NCBI GenBank assembly: GCA_003210515.1
Contig: QCVC01000002.1
Coordinates: forward strand, 2,113-66,112
Direction: 5' to 3'
Length of the DNA stretch: 64,000 nt
DNA from: Synechococcus sp. AG-683-B21
GTDB taxonomy: Bacteria; Cyanobacteriota; Cyanobacteriia; PCC-6307; Cyanobiaceae
Shown: piece by piece, positions 42,220-52,944 of the stretch
How the letters are laid out: each line of letters begins with the position of its first letter
How positions within the stretch are numbered: position 1 is the stretch's first letter
The notes under the pieces: generated by a model
Seen by the model: the letters and a program-made list of their open reading frames with translations, nothing else
Databases searched by the model: none
What the model was told of the DNA's origin: nothing
Program-made: the position numbers and the translations under genes

Positions 42220-45200
42220 CTCCGCCGCGCTTGAAACAGGGGTTGATACAGCGCCGAACAGGCTTCATCGAAGCCTCGTGTCTGCAACAACGCATCCGCC
42301 TCCAGCTCCGCTCCGAAACAAAGCTGAAGCGCAGGCGACAGGCGCTCCTCTTGCCAACACGTTCGAAAACGATCCAAGCCTGTCCCTGGTTTGCGCTGCT
42401 CATGCCAAACCATCTGCCAACCACTTTTAGGGGGAATGGGCCAGCACTGATGCATCCCCTGCTGAGCCAGTCCTTGCAGCGTTGCCAGCTGCTGCTCCGC
42501 CTGGTCCGCTGGCAACGCCATCCAGTGCAGGTGAATCTCCGCACCGATGGCACGGGTACTACGGGCAATCACCGCCGTGGGGGTTGGCCTCAACCGACAA
42601 AGGTGGAGATGTTGAAGCCATCCACGCATCACACCCCTCGCACTGAGCATTCCCGCCTGAACCACCACGTGGGTCTCCCCAGCGAACACAAGCGGTCGGA
42701 GAACACCTTCAATCACGATGTCCTCGCGACGGGAAGGACCGAGGCTGTCGAGCTGACGTCTGAGGCGTTGCCAACGATCTGCCAACTCCTGTTGCTCTAG
42801 GACGGCGCCAGCTCCAGCCGGCAGAACCCCCTGACCGGCCAGCAGCGACCGCCAATTCGGCAACTCTCCGGCGGCAAGCAACGGTTCCAGGTTTTGATCC
42901 AACAGCTGATAACGCTCGAGGGCATTGAGCTCGAGGGGGTCAAGATCCTCCACCGCATCAATCCCCTCACCCGGTCGCAACCCCTTTGAACGCAACCAAG
43001 CCGCCTGGGGTTGATGCATCCAGCGCAGGAGCTCTTCAAACACCAACGGCTCCTCTGGCTTGGAACTGGTCCTTGGGTTCGTGAGAGGGAACGTCCAGGC
43101 CAGTGGCCACGCCAGGGCCTGTTGTGGTTCCGGTCGAGAACGATCCAACCAGCGGCGGGCCTCCAACTGACGGCGATCACAACTCAAAGGGGCCTCGATT
43201 TGAAAGTTGCTACGCGCTAAAGGGTTGGCAGCTGGCGTCAGCACCAAACCGTCGGTGCTGCTGGTGGACAACTCCTGCTGGAGTTGGGCCAACCATTGCT
43301 CCACAGGAGCCGCAGGGGGTTGGGCCTCACCGGTGCGTTCATTCCGACCACACCAACTGATCAATAGATGGCGTCGTGCCGACATCAACGCCTCTAATAA
43401 GACGTACCGGTCTTGATCACTACCGCGGGGATCACCAAGCCGACGGTGTTGTTCGAGCAGATGGAAGCCGGGGCGTTGATTGGGACGTGGAAACACGGCG
43501 CCATCGAGCCCCATCAACACAATCACCTTGTGGGGGATGGCCCGCATCGGTTCCAAGGCGCTGATGGTGAGCGAACCAGTGCGGTGCCCGAAACGACCGC
43601 TATCCACCGACAGGGCTTCATTAAGCACCTCCAAGACAACGGCGATATCAAGCTCTAGCGCGCAATCGATGGCCCGCAATCGCCAGTCTTCTAGGGCTGC
43701 AGTCCAGGTTTGTAATTCACCACTCCAAGCGCGGCCATCCCCAAACAACTCCTGCAACACCGACTGCAGCAACGCCACCCATGCAGCACAGGTGTGGGGT
43801 CGCCTGAACTGCTCGAGCATTCGAGCCAAGCGATCCAGCAGGGTCCACCACCGCACCAAACGCTCCGGATCCAACTCCCACTGGAACGGTGCCGCACCCG
43901 CAGGGGCTAATCCATCACGAACAGGCAACACCAGGCCCAAAAGCCAGCGGTCTAGACACCAGCGCAACCCATGGGTTTCGTCTCCACCCCGTTCCTTTGC
44001 ATCGAGCCCCCAACGGAAACCGGTGTGCTGCAAAACCCGCGTCATCAAGGTGCAGTCTTCGGACGACAACCCCTGTAATTCCTGAAGAGCAGGGTTGGCC
44101 AACCATTGCTCTAAGCCGGTAGCCGTTAAACGACCAGCCGCCAGCTCCAGCAGGTTGAGCATGGCCATTGACAGTCCAGGACTACTTTGCTGAGTGCGGT
44201 CGGTGAGACGCCAGGGGAGATCAACACCAATGGCATCGGCATCGTTAAACACTGAATTCAGCAACGGGGCATAACGATCCACCTGCGGAGTCATCACCAG
44301 AACATCACGCGGAGCGAGATCTGGATCCGCAGCCAGCCATTGGAGGATCCGATCCCGCACCAGCTGCACCTCTCGCCAAGGTCCAGGAGCTGCTTGAAAC
44401 AGGAGCGATTGATCCTTAGCTAACCGCTGCAGTCCTCCCGACTGCTCCGGATCAACAAGCTGCTCCTGCAGCTGTTCCAGGAGGGATGGAGAGCCCGGAG
44501 ATGCTGCAGCCATCTGAACCGGTGACGCAAAGAGATCTCCCTCGCGCCGCTCACCCAACTGCACATCACCCGACCCCTCCAACAATTGCTGGAACTCAGC
44601 CCCCATGCGGCCAAAACTGGCTTCCAGCCTCGGTGCCGCCTCAAGCCAATGTCCATCTGGGGGCTCCAACCAATCCTCCTGGAGCAGCTCTCGACGGCTT
44701 CCACAGCGTTGCCATAGATCAGGGCAAGGCGTCAGGAGATACACCTCCACATCAAGAACACCCGAGAGGGCCTGAATCAGGTCCACTTGCACGGGGGCAA
44801 GGGCACTAATTCCAAACAAACGCAATCGCTGAGGAAGAGACTCAGCTGATACCGCACCCCGCCGCAATCGGTCGATGGCGTCACGGACCTGCAGGCCAAA
44901 GGGCGGGCGGTTCAGCTGATCCGCCAAACGACGCCATAGCAGTGGTTGCCAATCGGTCTCCGCTGATGATGGGGACGCACTCCACTGAGCTAGTTGATCA
45001 GCGCGATAGAGGGCGTAATCGTCGAAGGCATCAGCGATCATCCGGGCCAGCTGCCAGCGATCACGACTGAGGGCTTGGGATTGGCCACCTCCCTCCCGAC
45101 CATCCAACCAACGCTTGAGGGGCAGGGCGGCTGGCTGCTCGAGCAACTCCGGGAGGAGTTCCAGCACAGGCCAGACCAATTGATTGGCGCGCCAGGGATC

Positions 45201-45449
45201 GGCTTCCTTCGGGGGAAGTTCTAAAACCTGACGAACCAACTCTCGAAATCGACTACCCGGAAAAGGGAAGCGAACCAACGAGCTAATTCCATTCGCCACC
45301 GCAAGCTGTTCACCCAACCAGCGGCTGGTGGGCCAGGTGTTCACCATCACCTCCAGCGTTTCCAACGGTCCTGGCTGCTGGTCAATCAGTTGCTGAGCCA
45401 GCAATTGAGCGAGGAATTCAGCGCGGTTGCTGCGATAGAGGGTCAGCAA
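42216..45449 (-). CDS. recC: Exodeoxyribonuclease V gamma subunit
   Basis: YRSNRAEFL, LFGISAL, REVQLVRD, DVLVMTP, PMRAIPHKVI, DQDRYVLLEALMSARR. Confidence 0.93.
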   Translation of the reverse strand: MLTLYRSNRAEFLAQLLAQQLIDQQPGPLETLEVMVNTWPTSRWLGEQLAVANGISSLVRFPFPGSRFRELVRQVLELPPKEADPWRANQLVWPVLELLPELLEQPAALPLKRWLDGREGGGQSQALSRDRWQLARMIADAFDDYALYRADQLAQWSASPSSAETDWQPLLWRRLADQLNRPPFGLQVRDAIDRLRRGAVSAESLPQRLRLFGISALAPVQVDLIQALSGVLDVEVYLLTPCPDLWQRCGSRRELLQEDWLEPPDGHWLEAAPRLEASFGRMGAEFQQLLEGSGDVQLGERREGDLFASPVQMAAASPGSPSLLEQLQEQLVDPEQSGGLQRLAKDQSLLFQAAPGPWREVQLVRDRILQWLAADPDLAPRDVLVMTPQVDRYAPLLNSVFNDADAIGVDLPWRLTDRTQQSSPGLSMAMLNLLELAAGRLTATGLEQWLANPALQELQGLSSEDCTLMTRVLQHTGFRWGLDAKERGGDETHGLRWCLDRWLLGLVLPVRDGLAPAGAAPFQWELDPERLVRWWTLLDRLARMLEQFRRPHTCAAWVALLQSVLQELFGDGRAWSGELQTWTAALEDWRLRAIDCALELDIAVVLEVLNEALSVDSGRFGHRTGSLTISALEPMRAIPHKVIVLMGLDGAVFPRPNQRPGFHLLEQHRRLGDPRGSDQDRYVLLEALMSARRHLLISWCGRNERTGEAQPPAAPVEQWLAQLQQELSTSSTDGLVLTPAANPLARSNFQIEAPLSCDRRQLEARRWLDRSRPEPQQALAWPLAWTFPLTNPRTSSKPEEPLVFEELLRWMHQPQAAWLRSKGLRPGEGIDAVEDLDPLELNALERYQLLDQNLEPLLAAGELPNWRSLLAGQGVLPAGAGAVLEQQELADRWQRLRRQLDSLGPSRREDIVIEGVLRPLVFAGETHVVVQAGMLSARGVMRGWLQHLHLCRLRPTPTAVIARSTRAIGAEIHLHWMALPADQAEQQLATLQGLAQQGMHQCWPIPPKSGWQMVWHEQRKPGTGLDRFRTCWQEERLSPALQLCFGAELEADALLQTRGFDEACSALYQPLFQARRS

Positions 45450-45880
45450 AGTTTTGAAGCACCAGTAAGAACAGAAAGCACCCGCTCGAGCTGGGCTGGC
45501 GTATCTCTACAAAATAATCAGCACCGAGTGCGCCAGACATCAACGGATGCAATGCCGCATCACGATTCCGCAACAAAAATCACGACCAGGAATTTTTGCA
45601 ATGAACGCAATGAACGGTGCTGGCCAAAACAACCAAAGGGCTTTGATGTGTAATTTTCCGCTTCAACCAACAATTGGTCGAAACCAAAAGGGAAGACTTT
45701 TTCACAAAATAGGTGCGCTCGCACAATTCATTCCATCAACCAGAAAACACACCAACAGCAATAAGACATTTCATCAGCCGATTTAGCCGCGCCCAGCATT
45801 AATCTCGACAACAAATCTCTTAAAGAAGAAGTAAATCAAAGGTCTCATTCGCCTTTTAGCGATCCATTCGACCGACTAAT

Positions 45881-46126
45881 TTACTTTCCAATGGTGATCA
45901 AGGGTTGATTATTTTTAAACCAAATCCAATCCCGAATGGGTGGAGTTTCAGTTAGGTCACGGCGCGTCAGGCCAAGGCCAAGCTTCGCTGATGCGCCCAA
46001 CAAAATATCCACCATGGCATCGCCATCCGCACATGTTGCCAGGGCTTGATTGGTTTTTTCGGCACCATTTAAAGCGCGAACCAACAATGTGATCCGCTTG
46101 GACACAGGCAATGAACTTGGATGCAT
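45881..46126 (-). CDS. Small conserved hypothetical protein
   Basis: 81 aa, coupled to the ycf54 stop. Confidence 0.65.
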   Translation of the reverse strand: MHPSSLPVSKRITLLVRALNGAEKTNQALATCADGDAMVDILLGASAKLGLGLTRRDLTETPPIRDWIWFKNNQPLITIGK

Positions 46127-46446
46127 CAAACGCTGCCAGACAGGGGGTCAGGAATGGTCGACGAGGGAGCCTCGAAACGTCCCACGGCAACGTATTCCAA
46201 CCGTAATTTCAAAAATGTGATGAATTTTTCATCTGTGGATACAACCGCTGCGGACGGTTGAGGCACTTGGCTGGCCAGCTCCGCCAGCTCTGATGCTTGA
46301 AGAAATGCTGGGCGAATCAGCAACCAAAAGTCGATCTCTCGGTTGGTTTCGGCGTAGTTCCGCCGACGCTCCTTGAGCACTTCCTCGAGGGGTTCATCAA
46401 CGGTGAGAAACGTCTCGCTGGCGGCAACGAAGTGATAAGTGGTCAT
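46126..46446 (-). CDS. ycf54: Mg-protoporphyrin IX monomethyl ester cyclase accessory protein Ycf54
   Basis: [34 protein letters not shown]. Confidence 0.92.
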   Translation of the reverse strand: MTTYHFVAASETFLTVDEPLEEVLKERRRNYAETNREIDFWLLIRPAFLQASELAELASQVPQPSAAVVSTDEKFITFLKLRLEYVAVGRFEAPSSTIPDPLSGSV

Positions 46447-47192
46447 CCGAGTGCCTGTCCAAACAAGGGGTCACGCCGAGGATTCTGAATCAACGCCTTC
46501 ATTTCTCGCACCGCCTGTTGCAGTCCAACGACAACTGCACGGGCGACGATCGTATGGCCAATGTTCAGTTCTTCCATTCCGGGGATCGCGGCCACAGGCT
46601 CCACGTTCTGATACGTGAGCCCATGACCTGCATTGACGCGTAGGCCCATGGCCCGAGCCGTAGCGGTGCCCTCGGTGAGTCGGGCTAATTCATGGGGTTG
46701 ATCATTCCAACTGGCCTCCGCATAGCGCCCGGTGTGGAGTTCCACCCAACGAGCCCCGGAATCAGTGCAGCCTTGTAGCTGGGACGCCACGGGATCCACA
46801 AACAAGCTCACCGGAATTCCGCTGGTCTGAAGCTGGCTCACCATTCCACTGAGTTCCGACAACTGCGCCACCACATCCAGGCCACCCTCCGTCGTCACCT
46901 CTTGGCGATGTTCTGGCACCAGCGTCACCATGTCGGGCTTCACCCGTAAAGCAATAGCCACCATCTCGGCTGTTGCAGCCATCTCCAAGTTCAGTCGAGA
47001 CCGAACGGTCTGCCGCAACAGTTCAACGTCGCGATCTTGGATGTGACGACGATCTTCTCTGAGATGGACTGTGATCCCATCAGCACCCCCCAATTCAGCG
47101 AGCATCGCCATCGGCACGGGATCGGGTTCGACCGTACGTCGCGCTTCGCGAATGTTGGCAATGTGATCGATATTGACGCCCAAGCTGGCCAT
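46443..47192 (-). CDS. pdxJ: Pyridoxine 5'-phosphate synthase
   Basis: [37 protein letters not shown]. Confidence 0.97.
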   Translation of the reverse strand: MASLGVNIDHIANIREARRTVEPDPVPMAMLAELGGADGITVHLREDRRHIQDRDVELLRQTVRSRLNLEMAATAEMVAIALRVKPDMVTLVPEHRQEVTTEGGLDVVAQLSELSGMVSQLQTSGIPVSLFVDPVASQLQGCTDSGARWVELHTGRYAEASWNDQPHELARLTEGTATARAMGLRVNAGHGLTYQNVEPVAAIPGMEELNIGHTIVARAVVVGLQQAVREMKALIQNPRRDPLFGQALG

Positions 47193-47276
47193 GGAGGCTG
47201 GTATTGATGGCCAAATCCTATGCAGGTCGGCCAGCGGGCCTTACATTCTCCAGGTTTTCCTGACGACTGTTCACCG

Positions 47277-47978
47277 TTGACAGCGGCACTGGCAACCCGA
47301 GAAAGCGCTCTGCAGGTTGGGATCGACCGGTTCTGGGCACCTTTGGCCATGCTGGCCACGCAAGACTTGGCGCTGCCATTGCAGTTCCGGGAACGGCTGG
47401 TGTTGCATCGCGAACGACTGCCGCACCACGGACCTGTGCTTTTGGCGCCAACCCATCGGGCCCGTTGGGATGCGCTGCTCTTACCCATGGCAGCAGGCCG
47501 ACGGGTCACGGGCCGCGACTGTCGCTTCATGGTGACGACGACGGAAATGAAAGGTCTGCAGGGATGGTTCCTGCAACGTCTGGGCTGTTTCCCTGTGAAT
47601 CAAGGTCGCCCATCGATGACCACACTGCGGTTTGCCATTGATTTATTGGCCAGTGGCCAGCAGCTGGTGATGTTTCCAGAAGGGCGGATTCAACGCACCG
47701 ATGCCCCGATTCAGGTGCGAGGTGGTCTGATGCGTCTTGCCCAGCTTGCCCAAAGCCAAGGGGTCCATGTTCCTGTTATCCCAGTTGGTCTGGGCTACAG
47801 CCAAGCCCCACCACGACCGTTCAGTCGTGCAGCGGTCTGTTTTGGCGAGGCGTTGCACGTCCCGAAAGAAACGGGCCGAGATGCAGCACAACAGTTCAAC
47901 ATCCAACTCACCGCTGCGATGCAAACGGCTGAACAAGCGGCCCGCAAGGCTGTTGGACGTCCCCTAAAAGCCTTCTAA
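47277..47978 (+). CDS. plsC: 1-acyl-sn-glycerol-3-phosphate acyltransferase family; start uncertain
   Basis: HxxxxD motif THRARWD, FPEGRI, VIPVGL. Confidence 0.85.
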   Translation: MTAALATRESALQVGIDRFWAPLAMLATQDLALPLQFRERLVLHRERLPHHGPVLLAPTHRARWDALLLPMAAGRRVTGRDCRFMVTTTEMKGLQGWFLQRLGCFPVNQGRPSMTTLRFAIDLLASGQQLVMFPEGRIQRTDAPIQVRGGLMRLAQLAQSQGVHVPVIPVGLGYSQAPPRPFSRAAVCFGEALHVPKETGRDAAQQFNIQLTAAMQTAEQAARKAVGRPLKAF

Positions 47979-48007
47979 AGTCCGCACAAATTGCTCTGAT
48001 TGACCCG

Positions 48008-48535
48008 ATGGGTTGTCGCTCTCTGCTGACGGCTGCCGCCCTGGTGGCCACCCTTGGCGTCACAGCTCCGCCGGTCCTCGCTCAACAGGCCTCCAGCGAC
48101 AGGGTTTTGGCGCAACCCGACAGTGGCTTTAATCCATCGGCTGTTCGCGGCATGATTTCCCGTGGCGATGCCGCCGCAGCCCGGGGAGACCTCGCCAGCG
48201 CTCGTACCGAATACGACAAAGCACGGAAAGTGTCGAAACAGCTGTTGTCGTTCTACCGAGATTTAAGCGGTTCCTTCCGCGGCCTGGATGCACGGATTCC
48301 TCGCGAAATGGACGAGAAAGGACGTGAAGCCCTTGGCTTATTAGCGGAATCTGATCTGCGCTTAGCGGCCCTCTTCCGTCGTCAAAACCAACCCGAAGTT
48401 GCCGTTCCCGTCCTCGTCGAGGTGGTGAAGCTGATGACACCCTCCAAACCTCAGGGCCAAAAGGCTTATCAGAGCCTTGTCGAACTTGGTTTTGTCGAAA
48501 CGGAGTTCAAGGGTGCATCAAGGCCAGGCAGCTGA
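48008..48535 (+). CDS. Conserved exported helical (TPR-like) protein
   Basis: Signal peptide; FYRDLSGSFRGLD...AYQSLVELGF. Confidence 0.75.
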   Translation: MGCRSLLTAAALVATLGVTAPPVLAQQASSDRVLAQPDSGFNPSAVRGMISRGDAAAARGDLASARTEYDKARKVSKQLLSFYRDLSGSFRGLDARIPREMDEKGREALGLLAESDLRLAALFRRQNQPEVAVPVLVEVVKLMTPSKPQGQKAYQSLVELGFVETEFKGASRPGS

Positions 48536-48572
48536 GTTCATCTGCCAACATCATTGAATTGGGAGTTTTGTC

Positions 48573-48806
48573 ATGGTGCAGCCGTCCGCGGTCGAATCTG
48601 CAATCCAACGGGCCATTCCTGATGCAACGGTGACCGTTGAAGATCTCACTGGCGGTGGAGACCATCTCCAAGTGAGTGTGGTGTCTACCGCGTTCAGTGG
48701 CCTATCGCGCATCCGACAACACCAAATGGTGTACGGAGCACTGCAACAGGAGCTTGCCAGTGAGGCCATTCATGCTTTGGCTCTCAGTACCTCCGTCCCT
48801 TCCTAA
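48573..48806 (+). CDS. bolA: BolA family protein
   Basis: [24 protein letters not shown]. Confidence 0.93.
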   Translation: MVQPSAVESAIQRAIPDATVTVEDLTGGGDHLQVSVVSTAFSGLSRIRQHQMVYGALQQELASEAIHALALSTSVPS

Positions 48807-48830
48807 CTCTCGAGACCTCTTTTCCTCGTC

Positions 48831-49154
48831 ATGGACGCTTCCACCAAATCACGTATCGAAGGCTTGATCGCGACGAGCCCAATCTTTGTTTTCATGAAGG
48901 GCTCCAAATTGATGCCCCAATGCGGCTTCTCCAACAACGTTGTGCAGATTCTTCACTCCCTCGGGGTGACTTTTGAAACTTTCGATGTGCTCTCCGACAT
49001 GGAGATTCGTCAGGGAATCAAAGAATTCTCGAGTTGGCCCACCATTCCTCAGATCTACGTCAAAGGGGAATTTATGGGTGGATCCGACATCCTGATCGAG
49101 ATGTACAACTCTGGCGAACTCAAAGAAAAACTTGAGATTGCCCTCGCGAGTTAA
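48831..49154 (+). CDS. grxD: Monothiol (CGFS) glutaredoxin
   Basis: PQCGFS, WPTIPQ, GGSDI; adjacent to bolA. Confidence 0.95.
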   Translation: MDASTKSRIEGLIATSPIFVFMKGSKLMPQCGFSNNVVQILHSLGVTFETFDVLSDMEIRQGIKEFSSWPTIPQIYVKGEFMGGSDILIEMYNSGELKEKLEIALAS

Positions 49155-49160
49155 ACGGTT

Positions 49161-49433
49161 TTAGTAGCCGTGGGGATGCTGCATGTAGAGCGTGCTGACG
49201 TCCCCATCTGGACCTATGAAACTCGAGGGATCCAAGATCCAGCGGTCGATTAGCTGCTCTAGGCGATGTTGCTCACGCATGTCGAGGGAGCCAGTTTTAC
49301 GAAGCGCATGAAGATATCCATCGGCGTAGAGCCGAAGCTCGGAAGGTGTGTGATATCGCGTCGTGAGTTCTTGGCACGCATCACAAATCGACTGAAAATG
49401 ACGGATGGCCTGTGGGTCATCAAGTGACGTCAT
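49161..49433 (-). CDS. Conserved cyanobacterial hypothetical protein
   Basis: 90 aa; IRHFQ...LRLYADGYLHALR. Confidence 0.7.
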   Translation of the reverse strand: MTSLDDPQAIRHFQSICDACQELTTRYHTPSELRLYADGYLHALRKTGSLDMREQHRLEQLIDRWILDPSSFIGPDGDVSTLYMQHPHGY

Positions 49434-49508
49434 TGGTGGGAGACGGCAGCTCTCGCTACCAGCGCTTCATGAAATTGGTACTAGCCTAGTCGCGCCTCGA
49501 TCGATCCA

Positions 49509-50276
49509 GTGACCTCAACGCCACAAGACTTACTTACTGAGTCGAACACTCCCACTGACCAGGCCATCTCCATGCCTGGCTCCGGAAGCGGTCTTGAACC
49601 CTCACGTGTTCTGGTGGTTGAGCCTCATCCCACCCTGCGCACTGTTCTGGTGCAGCGTCTTCGTCAAGACGGTCACCTCACCGCAGCCGTGGGTCGAGCC
49701 GTCGAAGCCCTTGAAATTTGTCAGGATCAATCTCCAGATCTCTTGGTGAGCGCAGAGATCCTTGAGCAGAGTTCTGCCCTCCGCCTCGCTGGACAACTGC
49801 GTTGCCCAGTGATCGTGTTAACAGCTCGCAGTGGTGCCGAACCTGTTGTCGGCCTCCTGGAAGATGGTGCAGACGATGTTTTGCGCAAGCCCTTTGGCTT
49901 GGAAGAGTTAGCAGCGCGTTGCCGCACCCTCTTAAAGAGAGGTCATAGCGGTCTGCAAGAGCGCGTCACCGTCGGTCCCCTCGAGGTGCATCTCTTGTTG
50001 AGGCAGGTCACGCTCCGCGACAAACCTGTGGAACTCAGTCCTCGGGAATTTGCTCTACTTTGCGCTTTACTCATGCCTCCAGGGCTGGTACGCAGTCGCC
50101 AAGAATTGCTTCGGATGGCATGGCCCCCCTTCAGTGGTGGTCCTCGCTCTGTGGATACTCAAGTTCTAACCCTGCGGCGCAAGCTCGAACAGGCGGGTCT
50201 TGGCGAGGGCGGTGGGATTACCACCGTGCGTCAACGGGGCTATCGCTTCAGCCTGGATAACTTGCCGGCAAGCTGA
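49509..50276 (+). CDS. OmpR-family response regulator with atypical receiver
   Basis: Receiver with GADDVLRKPF plus winged HTH (LSPREFALL, RSVDTQVLTLRRKLE, TVRQRGYR). Confidence 0.9.
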   Translation: MTSTPQDLLTESNTPTDQAISMPGSGSGLEPSRVLVVEPHPTLRTVLVQRLRQDGHLTAAVGRAVEALEICQDQSPDLLVSAEILEQSSALRLAGQLRCPVIVLTARSGAEPVVGLLEDGADDVLRKPFGLEELAARCRTLLKRGHSGLQERVTVGPLEVHLLLRQVTLRDKPVELSPREFALLCALLMPPGLVRSRQELLRMAWPPFSGGPRSVDTQVLTLRRKLEQAGLGEGGGITTVRQRGYRFSLDNLPAS

Positions 50277-50793
50277 TCCAGCCCTGGCTGATCGCTAAAC
50301 CACACACCAGCTCTCCAACCACCATGAGAGCTGCGAGGCAAGCAAGCACTTGGTAGGTCCAAGGAGGGGTCAGACGACCGATTCCCTGGGTAGAAATGGA
50401 AGCCCGCTCACTGAGCAGTTTCAAAAACAAATCGAACCGTTCAATGCGCTGAGGAAGCAATTGATGACGACAATCAGCGGCTTTTAGGTAGTAAACGGTG
50501 CCTCCTTGGCTCGTTCCAACAGGAACCAAGGCACGGATATCGGCCCACTCCATCGACCAACTCCGTCGCAACAACCAACGAATCCAGCCGGGATAACGCA
50601 CCCGAAGGCCGGCAGCATCGGTTTCAACCTGCTCGCTAAGCAAACCCACAACCAACACAAGCCCGAGAATCAAACCAGCAACCATCAACGGCCTCAACGA
50701 GTCGGGGGCCAAGACAGGCAAGGGCAGCACCAACGCCACGTACAGGCTCAACAGGGTGAAGCGAATCAGAGGAGAAAGGCCAAAACGTTCCAT
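50248..50793 (-). CDS. Conserved hypothetical membrane protein
   Basis: 181 aa, three TM segments. Confidence 0.7.
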   Translation of the reverse strand: MERFGLSPLIRFTLLSLYVALVLPLPVLAPDSLRPLMVAGLILGLVLVVGLLSEQVETDAAGLRVRYPGWIRWLLRRSWSMEWADIRALVPVGTSQGGTVYYLKAADCRHQLLPQRIERFDLFLKLLSERASISTQGIGRLTPPWTYQVLACLAALMVVGELVCGLAISQGWISLPASYPG

Positions 50794-50798
50794 GGGAA

Positions 50799-51086
50799 TT
50801 AGCGATCGTCGGGTGATCCAGGCAACGGCTCAATCAATTCGGAAGGCACATAAACCCCTTCAAACACCTCAGCTTCTCGACCCTTCCAAAATTTGCCCAA
50901 GCGCATCAAATCGGCATGGGCCTCTTGGAGTTTGGCGATGTACTCCAGCGGATCCATCGTGTTTTTGGCCTCTTTCAGTTTCTGAAGCCGAAGGATTTGG
51001 AGATTCCACGGTTTATGAATATCCCCGCGTTGCTCCATGAATCGCGCGATTTGTTCAGACGATGGCTGCGGATTGATCGGCATCAC
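50799..51086 (-). CDS. Conserved hypothetical protein
   Basis: 95-aa ORF co-oriented downstream of crtH. Confidence 0.65.
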   Translation of the reverse strand: MMPINPQPSSEQIARFMEQRGDIHKPWNLQILRLQKLKEAKNTMDPLEYIAKLQEAHADLMRLGKFWKGREAEVFEGVYVPSELIEPLPGSPDDR

Positions 51087-51118
51087 ATCTTTTCAGTAAG
51101 CAAAGGCTAATCAGCCCA

Positions 51119-52690
51119 TCACGCCGGCAGGGCCCAGGGGTTCAGGCCTAAATCGGCACCAACCCGATGCGCGCAGGCAAAACCGCTGAAGGCAACTGCA
51201 TTCAGCCCTTGCCCGGGGAAACAAGAATCCCCAACGCAATACAGGTGCTTCACTCCCGTGCGATTGAACGGCATCGGCAACAACCCAGGCAATTGCATCG
51301 CTGGAATCGGCCCGTAACTGCCTTGAAAGCGTCCCAGAAAGCGCCGGTGGCTGCGGGGTGTTCCGATCTCCTTGTGGGTGATCGCCCCAGAGAGACCAGG
51401 AAGAATGGCCTCCAAGCGTTGAATCATCCGTGCCGCATCAGCCTCTTTTTTGGCTTTGTAATCCGACGGACTCAGCCCTTTCCATGCCTCCATCGATGAC
51501 GGCGTAAACGTATGGACGATGTGATGCCCCGACGGGGCTAGATCGGGATCGAGCAGCGATGGCATCGACACAAAAATCACGCCCTGCTCGTCTTCCATCC
51601 GCTCCCAGTCCTCCAGCAACAAGTGATGGCAATGGGTGCCAGCCGGAATCACATCAGCCCGTACGCCCAGATGTAGCGATAAAAACGAAGGCGACGGTAC
51701 GTAACGTCGGCGCCAAACCTGCTCCTTGGCCGGTGTTTGATCAGAGCCGACGAGGGCCTGACCTTCCCCTTTTGTCCCTGCCACCTCACCCGAGAAGGTG
51801 TCCCAACGGGTGGCATTGGAAATCACCCGTTTGGCATAGATGATTTCGCCATCAGCCAGCTTCACGCCAACGGCCTGTCCCTTCTCGATCAACACTTGGG
51901 TAACGCGGGCTTTGTAGCGAATCGATCCGCCATGGCGCTCCAACCCTTTCACAAGCTTTTGAGAGATCACACCCACTCCACCTTTGGGGTAGTTGATTCC
52001 ACCGGCATGACGGTCTGAAAAGACCATGCCTGCGTTGATCATTGGTGTGCGATCGGCTGGCATCACCGACCAGCAAAAACATTCGATATCAATGAACTTC
52101 AACAGTTGTGGATCTTTGATGTGCTGACGCGCAACGGCCCCGACGTTGAAGGGAAGCCAACGCGCTAACCCCAAGCAGGCGAAGGGCGCTTTGAAAAAAA
52201 CCTTGGTGAGATAAGCAGGATCCTCAAGCGACAACAACGGCATCGCATCTAGGCAGTTGAACACCTGCCAGCAGGCGTCATAGAAGCGACGAATACCTTC
52301 GGCTTCATGGGGGAAACGGGCTGAAAGATCCGCAATAAAGGTGTCGTAATCACGGTCGACGGCAATGCGCAACCCGCCAGGCATGTGATATTCCAGCTGG
52401 GCCTGATCGGGAATGGTGTCGCAGTGTTCCCCGATATCCGCCAGGGCGCGGGTTAGCAGGTTCGTATAGCCCTTCTCCCCAAATCCAAAAATCATCGACG
52501 CACCCACATCAAAGGTGTAACCGTTCCGATGAAACGCGCCTCCACTCCCGCCAGGGATGAGGTACCTCTCCAGTACCAGCGTTTTTGCACCCTTCGCCGC
52601 AAGCTGGCTCGCTGTGACCAAACCACCCACACCAGAGCCGATCACGACGGCATCCCATTGCTGCTGATCGACCAAAGCTTCGAACACCAC
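51119..52690 (-). CDS. crtH: Carotenoid isomerase
   Basis: GSGVGG, FDVGASMIFGFG, TPMINAGMVFSDRH, GQGLNAVAFSG. Confidence 0.93.
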   Translation of the reverse strand: MVFEALVDQQQWDAVVIGSGVGGLVTASQLAAKGAKTLVLERYLIPGGSGGAFHRNGYTFDVGASMIFGFGEKGYTNLLTRALADIGEHCDTIPDQAQLEYHMPGGLRIAVDRDYDTFIADLSARFPHEAEGIRRFYDACWQVFNCLDAMPLLSLEDPAYLTKVFFKAPFACLGLARWLPFNVGAVARQHIKDPQLLKFIDIECFCWSVMPADRTPMINAGMVFSDRHAGGINYPKGGVGVISQKLVKGLERHGGSIRYKARVTQVLIEKGQAVGVKLADGEIIYAKRVISNATRWDTFSGEVAGTKGEGQALVGSDQTPAKEQVWRRRYVPSPSFLSLHLGVRADVIPAGTHCHHLLLEDWERMEDEQGVIFVSMPSLLDPDLAPSGHHIVHTFTPSSMEAWKGLSPSDYKAKKEADAARMIQRLEAILPGLSGAITHKEIGTPRSHRRFLGRFQGSYGPIPAMQLPGLLPMPFNRTGVKHLYCVGDSCFPGQGLNAVAFSGFACAHRVGADLGLNPWALPA

Positions 52691-52944
52691 TAGTGATGAC
52701 GCTAAGGGGCAGCCTGCGGAGTTGGATCCAAGTGATGAATTGGCGGGTTCACGGTGAGGATTACCTCAGACCGCACGGGCCGACCCAGTGCTGAACTGCA
52801 GCGTTGACCGATTTGATGGCGCAGCCCATCGATCACAAATCCGTCCTGCGGTTCTACCGGGTTGATGTAAACCACTACAAAGGAAGTCCGACCAAGCTGA
52901 CCATCAGCACTAGCAAGGCATCGGGCCGTAGCGGTGGAGAGGGG

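Noticed and set aside
14037-44085. Numerous long overlapping or antisense ORFs (for example 14037-14714, 17304-17999, 34868-35524, 38286-38963, 43480-44085)
   Set aside because: Shadow ORFs of GC-rich coding genes with no recognisable motifs
45450-45880. 430-bp spacer upstream of recC with a GCAATGAAC tandem duplication
   Set aside because: Only two 9-nt copies and no convincing ORF or RNA structure
52696-52940. Reading frame interrupted by one TGA between crtH and trmFO (possible pseudogene or readthrough)
   Set aside because: No recognisable domain or SECIS-like support; could be chance
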